Source: Octopus sinensis
Taxonomy: Eukaryota
Assembly: GCF_006345805.1 (NCBI RefSeq)
Contig: NC_043002.1
Coordinates: 80,476,001-80,540,000, forward strand
DNA length: 64,000 bases
Direction: 5' to 3'
Shown: positions 25,280 through 38,620 of the stretch, in pieces
How positions within the stretch are numbered: the stretch's first letter is position 1
Layout: each line of letters starts with the position of its first letter
Position numbers and translations under genes: made by a program
The notes under the pieces: generated by a model
What the model saw: the letters and a program-made list of their open reading frames with translations, nothing else
The model's database searches: none
What the model was told of the DNA's origin: nothing

Positions 25280-25830
25280 AAGCCTACATACATACAAGTG
25301 TGTGTGTGTGGTGTGTGTGTGTGTGCATGTGTAGTGTGTGTTTTTGTGTGCGTAATGTGCCTGTATATTGTATGTGTATAAGGTGTGTGTGTGTGTGTGA
25401 GTATATAGTGTGTGTGTAAGTAGTGTGTCTGTATATGTGTGTGAGTGTGTGTGTACGTATAGTGTGATTCCATGTAGCTTGTGTGCATATAGTTTGTGTG
25501 TATATGTATAGTGTATCTGTATGTGTGTGTGTAGTGTGTCTGTATATAGACTGTGCGCATTACATAGCGTGTGTGTATGTATAGTGTGTGAGTGTGTCTG
25601 TATGTGTGTGTAGTATGTCTGTATATAGTCTGTGCGCATGTACATCGCGTTTGTGTATGTGTAGTGTTGTATGTGTGTGTGTATGTCTAATGTGTGAGCA
25701 TGTAGTGTGTCTGTATATAGTGTGTGTATATGTATAGTTTGTCTGTATGTGTGTGTGTAGTGTGTCTGTATATAGTGTGTGAACGTATATGTGTATGTAT
25801 AGTGTGTGCGTGCGTGTGTGTGTATCTGCG
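25280..25830. repeat. TG-rich minisatellite with ~79-bp higher-order units
   Basis: gtgtgtagtgtgtctgtatatagactgtgcgcat... recurs at ~25527 and ~25606. Confidence 0.6.
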
Positions 25831-26420
25831 TCTATGAGCATAAGTGTGTGCGCATGTCTTTGCATTTGACAAGGATCTTCGTCTAAGACTCTTCGTCTAA
25901 GTCCCTTTATATCGTTTAGAGGTTCGGGGTAAGATTCCTCTATAATAGGTAGCAAAATTTAAAGAAAATAAATACTAGGTCTCCATTTGTTTCACTACCA
26001 TTCATCGAAGTGGTGTCCCGGCATTGACAGGGTTCAATATGGCCCAACGTGTGAATTAAATCGAATTCGATTTGATGTTGGATTTTCAGCCTGCGTTTCA
26101 ATGTACAATAATCCCTCGACAATCGCATGTGTTACGTTCTACAACCCCGCATGATAGGTGAAAATCCACGAAGTACCAACAGTACTGTACTGTATTTTTA
26201 TAATTATTTTTATAATTTGAATATATTTATTTTATTATAAATGCAAAACAACACCACGGAGGAATAGTTTGACGCTCGGGAAAATGAAAAACGTCTTCTA
26301 CTTCTCGAGACTAAGATCTTCAATTGAAAGGAATAAGAGAAAACAGTGTGAGAATGAATATGTATAAGTATATATATATTATATATAGATATTATATATA
26401 TATATATGATAATATATATA

Positions 26421-26638
26421 TATATAGAAAATAGTAAAAAGTGAAAAAACTACAGAAGGCTTGTTTTAAAAGGTTAAAAAATATATTTGAGTCAATATGT
26501 CTGAAGAATATTATAATTTTTTTTCTTACAATGACACAATTTAGAAGAAATGACCGGTTTCGCGTTTAGCTTTTCAAATTTTTAACCTTTTAAAACAAGC
26601 CTTCTGTAGTTTTTTCACTTTTTACTATTTTCTATATA
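26421..26638. repeat. Perfect 60-bp inverted repeat with an adjacent hammerhead-like core
   Basis: 26421-26480 is the exact reverse complement of 26579-26638. Minus strand 26548-26581 reads aaat-TTGAAAA-gc-taaac-gc-GAAAC-cg-GTC-attt. Confidence 0.85.
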
Positions 26639-26672
26639 TTTAACCACGTGCTTTCACAAACCAACTTTCTCA

Positions 26673-26725
<53 letters not shown>

Positions 26726-26829
26726 TATATTATACATATGCATATGTATATTTACGATATATGGATATGTATATGTATATGTACGTTCTTTCTATTCTCT
26801 CTGTGTTTTTTTTTTAATTCTTTTCTTAA

Positions 26830-27160
26830 TTCAACCCTGGATTCATTCTATGTAGGCCTGGTACTTATTCTATCGGTCACTTTTTCCGAACCGTTAAGTT
26901 ACGAGGACGTAAACACACCAACACCGGTTGTCAAATGATGGTGAGGGACAAACACAGTAATATATTAATATATATATATATATATATATATATACGACCA
27001 GCTTTTTTCATTTTCCGTCTACGAAATCCACTCACAAGGCTTTGGTAGTCCCGAGGCTATAGTAGAAGACACTTGCCCAAGGTGTCATGTAGTGAAACTG
27101 AACCTGGAACCATGTGATTGGGAAGCAAGCTTCTTACCACACAACCATGGCTATGCCTAT
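26830..27160 (-). mobile_element. SINE family A with internal (TA)n
   Basis: Tail ~26830-26955 and head ~26990-27160 on the minus strand. Confidence 0.85.
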
Positions 27161-27376
27161 ATATGAATGGTTCTCAACAGAAACAAATTTATGAACAATT
27201 TTTTCGAACATAAATCATCTCAGGTGATTACCGAGTAACGAGCTCGCATGCAAGCGACAACGCTTAGTCGCAAGCTGAGAGTATCAGCGGGAAATTGTCA
27301 GATGGTGTGTAGATTTCGTACAGTGCACGTCTCTGCTATGTATATGAAGATATCAAATTATACATACATACGTACA

Positions 27377-27432
<56 letters not shown>

Positions 27433-27549
27433 ACGTGATCACGTGACCGACCAGACCATCAGATGTTGCTACACATCGCTGGTCACACTTCGCTTCGCAT
27501 TGTTTTAGCTTTCAAATTACGCCACTCCGCTGGCTAAGCGAGCAGGCCA

Positions 27550-27594
<45 letters not shown>

Positions 27595-27609
27595 TATACA
27601 TATATATAC

Positions 27610-27642
<33 letters not shown>

Positions 27643-27776
27643 CTGCGTATGTGTCTTTGTGTCTGTGTTATAGTACGTGTATATTCACATCATATATTAC
27701 AGACAGATATTACCGTGAAAATGTTGATGCACAATCATGCATATTTACGCACGCCCAAAGTAAATAATAATATATA

Positions 27777-27852
<76 letters not shown>

Positions 27853-28079
27853 GAATCTAGAAAAAGCATACAAAACTTTCCCGAAAAGGTTCGAGAGAAG
27901 AAATTGTGACCAACTCTAGTTTCTCGTGTAAATATAGACTTCCTTTGATGTGATTTGCGCCTGTTACGAAATAGAAAGTTTGAGGAAATAACTAGGAAGC
28001 TAACATCGTCTACACCAACCACAACAACAACAGTGGAACAAACAGTAAAACAAAACTTAAAACAAAAACAGTACAAACA

Positions 28080-28760
28080 GCATCAGCAATAACAACAACA
28101 ATAACAAACCCGAGAGCAATAATAGTAAAAAAAAGATCTACCGCGTATATGAAAGCCAATTAACAAAAGCAAGGAAATTTTTTCTTGTTGTTTGTTTTGA
28201 TTTTCAAATTTTATGTCACGCCCATGGTACGGCATTGGGTGTTGTATTGTGGAATAATTAGTTGGTAAAGCTGGTGGTGGTGCTGATGGTGCTGTTGTGG
28301 TGGTATTGGCGTTGTTGTTGTTGGTTGGTTGGTGGTGGTAGTGGCGGTGGCGATGCTGGTAGTGGTGTTGTTGTTGTTGTTAGTGGTGGTGGTAATGGTA
28401 GTGGTTGTGGTGGTCGTCACCGTGCTGCTGCTGGTGCGGTAGTGGTGCTGATGGCGGTTGTGCTAGTGCTGGCGCTAATGCTGTTGCTGGTGTTGATGAT
28501 GATGATGGTGGTGGCAATGGTAGTGGCGGTACTGGTGCTTTTGGTCGTGACGGTAGCGGTGGTTCTAGTGATGCTGGTGGTGCTACTGATGGTGATGTTG
28601 GTGATCATCGTATTTATTCGAATGGTACTTTTGCTTGTGAGAACTCATTAGTAGAAGTGTTTTGTTATAGCGGGAGTGGTATTTTGGTGGCGAAGTGTAA
28701 TGGTGATGATATGATGATGGTGGTGGTCTTAGTGGTGTCGTTAGACTTATTAGTGACGAA
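28080..28760. repeat. Degenerate trinucleotide low-complexity tract (CAA, then GGT/GCT/GAT)
   Basis: Seen directly. The poly-V/G/T ORFs here are artefacts. Confidence 0.8.
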
Positions 28761-29185
28761 TATGGGACGGAGTGCTGAAAAGCTCATGGCTTTAATGGTA
28801 TCGCGAAATGCCTGGTTGGATGCCCACCATTCCGAGTTCTTTTACAGGGCTTAGAAAAACTGAAGGACCAATACAATTCGTGTGAGAATCTGAGAGGGGC
28901 TATCATGAATAAAATCACAGTCAACTGATCTTCCTGAATTTTCTTTTACCCAAAGCCAGGGAACTTTTCACCACCTCCGTTGTAGTATACGTTGGTCATG
29001 ATGTGGCTGGTTGAATTGGCTGTCATAATGGTGGTGTTAGAGAGGATTACAGAGTTTTGATGCTGTTGCTGCTGCTGTTGCTGCTATGGCTGCTGTTGCT
29101 GCTATGGCTGCTGTTGCTGCTGTGGCTGCTGCAGCTGCTGCTGCTGACGATGATGACGATGACTACGACGTTGATAACAACGGTG

Positions 29186-29254
<69 letters not shown>

Positions 29255-29516
29255 GGTATGTAGAAAAATACAACATGGACAAGAACGTATAACTCATAGA
29301 AGACGATACAATAAACATGGACAGGACATTCGAACCCCTCAGTCTTCAGTCAAGAACCGGATCATCGTAGTAATTTCGGCTGATTAATCTTGAGATTACT
29401 AGATCACGGCCAGCCCTCCAAGAAAAACTAAGCTGGAAGCGTAGATTTCCTGGAAGAAGGATCGAATGCATACGAACACCAGGACAGCAAAAGGGACAGA
29501 TATAAAAAAAACAAAA

Positions 29517-29555
<39 letters not shown>

Positions 29556-30386
29556 AGAGTGTTGTAGTTCGCTTGAAGCATTGAATGTTGTTTGTAAAGA
29601 ATATAAAGTTTTGAATGGTACAACAATGCCCTATAATAGAAACAATGGGCTATATGCCTGTTGGAATTTAGTCATCCATAGTCTGATGTGATATTTCGGA
29701 ATAATATTCCTTCTTCAGATATTCTTAGGTGGAGTCGCTGCTATAATCGGTTTTCTAACGGCTTATATTTTATATATATATATATATATAGATTTTTCGC
29801 TTAAGTATCATGACACTGATAACCTGGCGTTGTAACTGAATATATATATGCTTCAGAATACAGCGTTTGTGTGGTACGAGAGCGTAATATAAAATAAAAT
29901 AAATAAGCTCCAAGGACGCTTTAAAGCAGTGGTTCCCAAATTGTGCGGTGTTGCCTCCTGGGGACGGTAGAAAGTTCCAATGGGGAATTGAAGAAAAGTG
30001 AGGTGATAATGAGGGTGCGATTAATGCAAAAAGTGTGGCGGTATTGGGGTAGCGATTCATATAAAAACAACAAAATAATGGGTTCTTTAGGTTAAGTTTT
30101 ATTTGTGAAATACATTTGCTTTGCATTTGGTTCAGAAAGGGGTTCTATGTTCGTGATGGTTAGTTGGGGTGGGTGTGCTAAGAATGTGGCCTGAGTGTCA
30201 AGGGTGCGGTGGCCCGAAAAACTTTGGGAACCTCTGATTTAAGGTGATGCACAAGCACTCGGCTCTGATTGCATGCGTCTCATAGCAGAAACAGCTGTGT
30301 ACAAATGAAGCTCATTGCATAATTTCCTACTTCAGTCATCACTTTAATTTCTTATATATATATATATACACGTGTGTGTGTGTGTG

Positions 30387-30448
<62 letters not shown>

Positions 30449-30487
30449 TGTGTGTGTGTGTGTGCGTGTGTGTGTGTATGTGTGTGT

Positions 30488-30541
<54 letters not shown>

Positions 30542-31289
30542 TGTACGGCGGTCGTCTTTCAGTTTCTGTTTAACAAATCCGCTTACAAGGCTTTCAATTT
30601 CACGTTGTTAATAATACTTAACGCTTCACAAAAGCTTTCAATGGCTGAAAAGTGTATCGCTAATGTATACAGCTTGGGAAAAGATGGTTCTATAGTGTTT
30701 GACATAATTATGTCACCTATTGCGTATATCGCACTTTATCATAAACTGGGTCATTCTGATTAATAGTGCCAGCATGGTTCTGACTGCAGTGAAGCTGAAC
30801 GGGTCCAAACATAGTGGAAGCCGAAACGCATTGATCATTGGAATCCTATATCAACACGAAGTATTATAAACCCCGTATATTTTTAGGTCAAGACTAAATA
30901 CACACTGTTATTTGAAACCAGAATACCGTCTCGAGTCTAGACCTATTGAAATGTGTGACTGTGACACAATATTTGTTTGAGAATACAAAAATAGCATTCA
31001 AGACCGATTTTTGTTGTTAAAGGTAAAGTTATTACAGTTGTTGTTGCTGTAGTTGTTGTTTCAATGCGAAGGGTGTGGTGCATTTAGTCATGTTATAATT
31101 ATCGTTGTGGAAGATCCTTGGGGATCACAGAAATAGTAAATTGCCGGACTATGTGCCCCACAGTTTTTAGTTATACAATTTTCCCCTTTTCGCTTTGGTT
31201 TCAAATTCTGCAAGGATCTCATCTCCATTACTAATTCCGTGATAGGCTGTGCTGCGCATAGGTTGTGTAGCAATGATCATATATATATA

Positions 31290-31380
<91 letters not shown>

Positions 31381-31381
<1 letters not shown>

Positions 31382-31552
31382 GGCGCAGGAGTGGCTGTGT
31401 GGTAAGTAGCTTGCTTACCAACCACATGATTCCGGGTTCAGTCCCACTGCGTGGCACCTTGGGCAGGTGTCTTCTACTATAGCCTCGGGCCGACCAATGC
31501 CTTGTGAGTGGATATGGTAGACGGAAACTGAAAGAAGCCTGTCGTATATATG

Positions 31553-31583
<31 letters not shown>

Positions 31584-31797
31584 ATGTTTGTGTGTCTGTG
31601 CTTGTCCCTCACCTAACATCGCTTGACAACCGATGCTGGTGTGTTTGCGTCCCCGTAACTTAGCGGTTCGGCAAAAGAGACCGATAGAATAAGTACTGGG
31701 CTTACAAAGAATAAGTCCGGGGGTCGAGTTGCTCGATTAAAGGCGGTGCTCCAGCATGGCCGCAGTCAAATGACTGAAACAAGTAAAAGAGTAAAAG
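31381..31797 (+). mobile_element. SINE family A, best full-length copy
   Basis: tRNA-like head (tggctgtgtggt A box, ggttcagtccc B box), internal (TA)n(TG)n, and tail ending gtaaaagagtaaaag. Confidence 0.9.
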
Positions 31798-31836
<39 letters not shown>

Positions 31837-31838
<2 letters not shown>

Positions 31839-32200
31839 TAGCAATGCATCTTGGCGTTGCCCGGGTATTATGACTTACAGCCACATTGTAGTTTTTGCTT
31901 CTCTCTTATGGGCAGAATCGGCACATCTGATATATATGTATATATATAATGTGACTGGATTACTGACGTAATGGAAGTTATTGCTTGTTTACAAGTGAAA
32001 GGGGGCAGGGTCTTAAGGAGGATCACAAACTAGGTATTGTTTCATCGTATAAAAGCGGGGTTAATACGATTTTGCCCAGAAATTACGCTTTAAAATTTCT
32101 AATTTCCTCCCATCCCTACCGCAATTTTTTTCGCATTTTTTTTTTATTCTATCAGAAAAATACAGAGATTTTAAATCTGGGAAAATTATATTTTTTTAAA
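31837..32200 (-). mobile_element. Probable non-autonomous Helitron 3' end (far boundary approximate)
   Basis: Minus strand: cccgggcaacgcc hairpin remnant followed by CTAG|T at 31841-31837. Confidence 0.45.
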
Positions 32201-32581
32201 GTTTAATTCTTCTTATGGAAAAATATGACGTTGACGTCGTAGACGTGGTATAAAATGTTTACGATAGATGACTTATAGAAATGATTAAAATGTTTATTTT
32301 CTGTAATGCAAATATGAACAATGAAAATAAGGTTTATTTGATGGCCGAAGGATTACCGAAACTTTTGATCCTTCATATGTCAAAATCTGCAATTCAGTTT
32401 TCGAGTGCATAAGGAACATACGCACGCACACACAAACATACATACAAACTCTCTTTTGCATATATAGATATACATATATGGTCAAGTCAAATAAAATAAA
32501 CGAACAAGAAAATGAACAATAATACGGAAGAGTACGTGCACAAGGAATATATTAGTTTCACACTCGCTAAAAAGAAAGTGG

Positions 32582-32615
32582 TTTTGACATTTTGAGTATT
32601 ACCCTTCGTCGGAAA
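32582..32615 (-). ncRNA. CpG-decayed minimal hammerhead
   Basis: ttt-CCGACGA-agggtaatactc-AAAAT-GTC-aaa. Here caaaatg is the double-CpG-deamination product of cgaaacg. Confidence 0.4.
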
Positions 32616-34108
32616 GGAGAAAGGGAAAGTCCAAAGAAGGGAAGGAAATCGCCAACAGCATGTGTGTAGTTACATTGCTGGTGTGTGTGGGCGGGGGGGT
32701 GAGAAAGCGATAGAGATAGAGATAGATAGATAGATAGCGAGAGAGAGAGAGAGAGAGAGAGAAAGGTGGAGAGAGATAGATGGTGTGATAGTGCTCATTA
32801 TGGTTACTGCTATGAGGGCAGTTGTGTTGCTGGTCGCCATAATTACGATTGCAGTTTTGATGAAGGTGATTGAGATGCCCCTCATTCATGTAGTTGTTAT
32901 AGCAGCAATAACAGAGGCGGTGCTGTACGTAGACGTACAGCACCCATACTACAAAAGTTAAGATGTGATTCATAGATTGGAAACAATGGCGTTCATAATA
33001 CTATGGGCCATTATAATTATGAGAGTTTTATGGTGGATATTTGTTGTAATACAGTGTTAGCGATTGTGGTAGTGGTGTTGGTGCTGGTGATGGTTCCGAT
33101 GTCATCCGTCTGGCTAGCAGTAGTACTGCTAGTCATAAGTTCGCGATATCATTCACATAAAAAAATGAACAAATGTAAGTGCTAACATTTTATACATGGA
33201 ACATTAAATAGCTAACTAGATATAAAATATCTATTGAACACAAAAAGTATATAAAATATATACGCGTATATGTGTGTGTGTGATTGTGTGTGTACACATA
33301 CACACACATATTATACGGGTTTTCTTTCTTCATTGGATATGTATTTTCAGTTTATTGATGTGTTTTTCTTTATGCAGATGGCGCCATTAGAATTATTTAA
33401 TCTCTTAACAATTCTATAAATGTACAATCTTGTATATTTATTTGCTGATTCATTCAACATTACAAATTCGCTTAGACCTCATTCATCGTTCTGTTTGACA
33501 CCACCTCCTGGTATCTTCGTTTCTTTTAACGGAGCGCAGTATTTTACAAGTATTTGGGCCAGGGTTCCAATTTGAATATATAACTACCTACTTCCCCTCT
33601 CCTAACGTTTTCACTGGATTAGGAGTTATACACACAAAACTGTGTTGGTGACCAGATCGCAGTGGTTCGAGGAGAAATATTGCACTCCGAGAAAGGAACT
33701 CAATGTGGATCTAACAGTTTTTTGCGTATTGTTAATTTAATGGCTAGAATGGCTCTTTCAGTGAAATTGGTTCAGATACAATTCAGTTTGAAATGAAGTC
33801 GTTTTGCTGGACAAGTACAACCGCGAAATTCCAAAGTCCATGTAAATATATATATATATATATGATATTGTATATATAGATATATATTGTTAAAAAGTGG
33901 AGTATCTTCACGTTATTAAAAACTTCTGAGAGATAGCGTCTACTGATAGCGTCTTACCCCAAAACAAATCTATTCTAGTATTGTAAGGACAATTACAGAA
34001 CATTTAGTACTTTTTCATATATTGTAAGTTATTTAGGAAGTATAATATTAGTTAGAACAAAAAGAAACGATAAAACTCTGCACTATAAATGCCTTGATAA
34101 CTCTTTTC

Positions 34109-35736
34109 TTAAGATGAGAAGTACTTTGACGATCGAGATTTTCTGAAGTGCATACCTTCATCTCTTCTGACTAGAAATCACATATAATCTCTCATCATAG
34201 CAGTATCCAATCGTCCTTGGTATCTTCTTTCCATAGTTGCGACGTCCAGATGAAATCGCTCACCATGCTCCTCACTGACATCACCCAAGTTTTCGGGGAA
34301 AAAATCTAGGTGAGAGGGCAAAAAATGAACCTTTCAGGACATACGACAACCCATTTTCTTGAGGTTTTCAATAAGCTTTGCTACCAGCTGTTTGTAATTA
34401 AGATTCTTGTGATTTCCTAAGAATCCACAAACTACATCACGAAATGCACACCAAGCTCCTTTTTCTACTTTTGTCATCGCTCATTCCAGTTTCTTAGACT
34501 TTAACATTGCATTTACCTGGGGCCCAACAAATATACCACCCTTGATCTTAGCCTCTGATAGCTTTGGAAACATAAGACAAATTTCTAAAGTCTAAGGCCT
34601 TCACAAACTGTTTTACCAATCCGAGTTTGATATAAACTGGTGGTAATAAGATTTTGTTGGAATCTACTAGAGGCTGTTTGAGAACATTTAACATTCCTGG
34701 CTGCAGTTCCACTCGTGGGCCCCAATGTACTCTCTTGTAATGATCATCATCAGCTTTGTTGTCCCATAAGCAAAGGAAACATGAATACTTTGTGTATCCC
34801 CCTTGGAAGCCAAGCAAGAAGGCAAGCATCTCGAAATCATCACAAACATCCAGCATAATTTATTTTGTCGAGAAGTTCTTTGACATTATTGTAATTTTCT
34901 TTCTTCTGTAAGGAGTGAGCAAGAGGCAAAAAAGGATATTTATTTCCATTGTGGAGCAACACTGTTTTGAGACTTCGTGTTGAGCTGCCTATGAACAGTC
35001 GCCATTCTACAGAATCTTGCTTGAGTCTCATAGCAATAAACAAACCAATCACATCTTTACAATAATACAGATCATTAATATTTTCATAGTAAATTTCAAA
35101 TTCTTCATGGCGTTTCCGGTACACAGATGTCTTGCTATCTTCCCCAGTAGATTCCATTCCTTCAGGCTTGATGAAAAAAGTTCAGCTCCTGACTTAGTAA
35201 AACCCAGATCCCTAATTAAATCATCTAGCTCACTCTGATTTGGAAAGTGAGGCTCCGAAGTCGTTCATGGTACGAAAGCTTCTTCTATTTCTTGGCTGCT
35301 GCTACTTGACTCTTCAGATGAAATATTTTCTGGTGATAGTGGTACACGTAAACTGACATCATGTGGGACAGGTGCTCTAGATGACGATATGTCTGGATAC
35401 TGAAGAGCTTGTCTTCTTTTTACTTCTCTGTACTTTGTCACATCGATCATACAAAAGTAACAGACATCGTGATGGTCCTTTGGCTCTCTCCATACCCTTG
35501 GAATGGCATTGACCTTCCTGTACCTCTTAACTATCCTTCTAGAGTAGATCGACAGCTTCCACATATCACAAGTGGGGCCCATGGTTTATCCTGGTCACCC
35601 ATGGGCATTCCAAAATAGAGTCTGTACGCTATCCACGATTTGACACCGTTCACGATCTTATGTAATAACTGCTTTTTTCCAATATAATAATCACACACAT
35701 AGCAAAATGTATGTATCTACATACTCTAGTAGCCAT
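34109..35736 (-). pseudogene. Chapaev3-like (CMC) transposase, disrupted; element terminus cacaacgtaacaattttg at 35969
   Basis: VWREPKDHHDVCYFC, LLHNGNKYP, GFQGGYTKYSCFLCLWD, LPPVYIKLGLVKQFVKAL, GIFVGPQ, NLGDVSEEHGERFH. The family assignment is from motif recall. Confidence 0.75.
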
Positions 35737-36254
35737 TCTGAAAGTAGCAGAACTTAGTAATTGGTCTGAAAGAGAAAATTAGACATACATTTAGTAACGG
35801 AACATTATAAAAATACCGAATAAATAATAACATTGAAAGTCGACATATTTTTTAAATGCTGACGATACACAAAATAATAATTTCATATTTTGAATCAGCA
35901 GAAAAAATGGATTGATAAACAATAGAAAAATACAATAAACAAATTTTTTTTCAAAATTGTTACGTTGTGTTATTTGTTGAGGGTATGCGTGTCCGTGGAG
36001 TGCTCAGCCACTTGCATGTTAATTTCACAAGCCAGCTGTTCTGTTAACCGGATCAACAGGAGCCGGCGTCTTCGAAACCAACTCTGAATGAAGGAAATGC
36101 AAAACTTGATCTGCATTGGGACTCAGAGCGTAGAACAGACACCGCAAAGCATTCCGACCGCTTCTGACGTTTCTGCTAATTTTCCACCTAGAGGAGAGTT
36201 TCGCCACTATTTCAAGCACGTCTCGTGTCTGCATAACACTTCTTTTGGGATGTT

Positions 36255-36942
36255 TTTGATGACGGTGGTTGTGGTGGTGTTTGCTTTGGTGGAGGCGGCA
36301 GAAGTAGTAGTGAGGTGGTGGTGTAAGTTGTACAAGGATTTATAGTAGTAGTAGTAGTAGTAGTAGTAGTGGCAGCAGCAGCAGTAGTAGTAGTAGTAGT
36401 AGTAGGAGGAGGAGGAGGAGGAGGAGGAGGAGGTGGTGGTGGTGGTGGTGGAAGAGGATTGGTGGTAGTGGTTGTAGTGGTGGCGGTGATGGTGGTAGGC
36501 ATAATGGTGGAATTGGTAGGTGAAAGTAGTAATAGTAGTAGTAGTAGGAGGAGGAGGAGGAGGAGGAAGAGGATTGGTGGTAGTGGTTGTGGTGGTGGCG
36601 GTGGCGGTGATGGTGGTATTGGTAAGTCAAAGTAGTAATAGTAGTTGTAGTGGTGGCGGTGATGATGCTGCTGGAGGTGGTGGTGTTGGTGGTGGATAGT
36701 AGTAGCAGTAGTAGTAGCAGCAGCAGCAGCAGTGGTAGTAGTAGTAATAGTAGTAGTAGTAGTAGTAGTAATAGTAGTAGTAGGAGGAGGAGGAGGAGGA
36801 GTGAAAGTAGTAGAAGCAGCAGTAGCTCTAATAGTGGTAGCTGATTTTGGAACAGTAGAAGATGATGGTGACCGAAATGATGGTCAATGGTATAGAAAAC
36901 ATTTCTAATTGTAGCTGTGCATTCTTGTTAGAGACGGTCGTT

Positions 36943-37016
<74 letters not shown>

Positions 37017-37409
37017 GGTGATGGTCGTCGTCGTAGTTTGAGCTTAGGGTTTGTTAGCTAAGGTAATAATAGCATTAGCAATGGATGGAAGTGTTGATGG
37101 TGGTGCTTGTATTGCAGATGGTAGTTTGCATCAATTAGAAATTGGCGGTGGAGGAGGTGTTGGCGGCGCAGCGGTAGTGCTGGTGTTGGTGTCGGTGTCG
37201 GTCGTAACAGAGACCGGTGTCGGCAGCGAATCAGTTTTTTCTAATGATGACAACATAGTAAAGACAGCAGTACTGCTGTTGGTTGAGGCGAAGGTAAGAG
37301 TAGAAGCTATTTTCGGGACAGTAATGGCAATGATGGCCGTATAAGTGATAATAGATGCGAAAACAGCAGCAGCAGCTGCAGCAACAGTAGAGGCAGTAGT
37401 AGCAGCAGC

Positions 37410-37453
<44 letters not shown>

Positions 37454-37774
37454 CAGCAGCAGCAGCAGAAGTAGTAGTAGTAGTAGGAGGAGGAGGCGCG
37501 ATAGCAGTAGTAATAGTAGTAGTAGCAGTAGCAGCAGCAGCGATAAAAGTAGCAGCAGCAGCAGTAGTACTAGTATTAGTAGCAGTAGTAGTAGTAGCGG
37601 CAGCAGCGATAATAGTAACAGTAGTAGTAGTAGTAGCAGCGGTAGTAATAGTAACAGGAGAAGTGGTAGTAGTAGTAGTAGTAGTAGTAGTAACAGCAGC
37701 ATCAGCGATAATAATAGCAATAGTAGTAGTAGCAGTGGTAGTAATAGTAGTAGCAGCAGCAGCGTTGGTAGCAT

Positions 37775-37815
<41 letters not shown>

Positions 37816-37820
37816 ATGCA
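36255..37820. repeat. Compound trinucleotide arrays (AGT/AGC/GGA/GGT/GAT)
   Basis: Seen directly. Interrupted by short unique stretches. Confidence 0.85.
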
Positions 37821-38399
37821 CGTGGCTGCAGCGTCGGTGGTAGTAGAGATGAATTGTTCTGCTGTGGTCTCAATGCAATATGAAAGACTGTTGTTACATG
37901 TCAATTATCGCTAACTCTGGACTTAAATTTTTTTTAATATTCTACTATAATAACACCATCAAATTATCATTGTCTTTCGGTATTTTTTTAAAACGTTTTT
38001 TCGAATGTTGTTATTTTCTTTTTTTATGGTCTTATTTGTTCCACTGGTTCTTTATTAATTTTCTTTTTGGAATTTTAAAAAATATAGTTTTTATAATGTT
38101 TTTCGCTTGTAATATTTTATAACTGTTTCTTCATAATCACGTTATCATTATAACGTTGTTCGTTTATCTTTTCTGCTTTTTTTTCCCCTGATATGAGCAG
38201 CAAATCTGGCTAGTTGGATAGCTGGCTGTTTGGCTGGCTGGTGTCTCTCTGACGCGGCCTCTTTCACTCTCGAACACGTACGCACAATCTCTTAAAGACC
38301 ATCACCGTTAATTTTTGCAATGGCGTATTAAATATATGTAGTGAAGAAATCAATAGAAATATGATACAAATGCATACATAATATACACACACAAATACA

Positions 38400-38620
38400 T
38401 TCTTTTATTCTTTTACTCGTTTCAGTCATGCTGGAGCAGAGCCTTATTGGGTTTTTAGTCGAAGAAATCGACACCAGGACTTATTCTTTCTAAACCTAGT
38501 TCTTATTCTATCTCTGTCTTTTGCCGAACCGCTAAGTTTCGGGGACGTACACACACCAACATCAGTTATCAAGCTATGGTGATGGTGGGATGACAAACAT
38601 ACACAAACACACACACACAC
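38400..38620 (-). mobile_element. SINE family A tail
   Basis: ttcttttactcgtttcagtc...gccgaaccgctaagtt-cggggacgta. Confidence 0.75.

Noticed and set aside
29315-29360. Hammerhead-like CTGAAGA...TTCGAATGTC (also ~53265-53300)
   Set aside because: GAAU instead of GAAA in both copies, and no stem I pairing. Probably a PLE-related repeat, but not callable as a ribozyme.
30600-30900. Possible piggyBac-like remnant (NDPVYDKVR...FPKLY) on the minus strand
   Set aside because: It needs frameshifts and the similarity is too weak to support.
31381-31460. tRNA genes (also at 9951-10332 and 12588)
   Set aside because: These are tRNA-like A/B boxes continuing into SINE bodies. No complete cloverleaf was seen.
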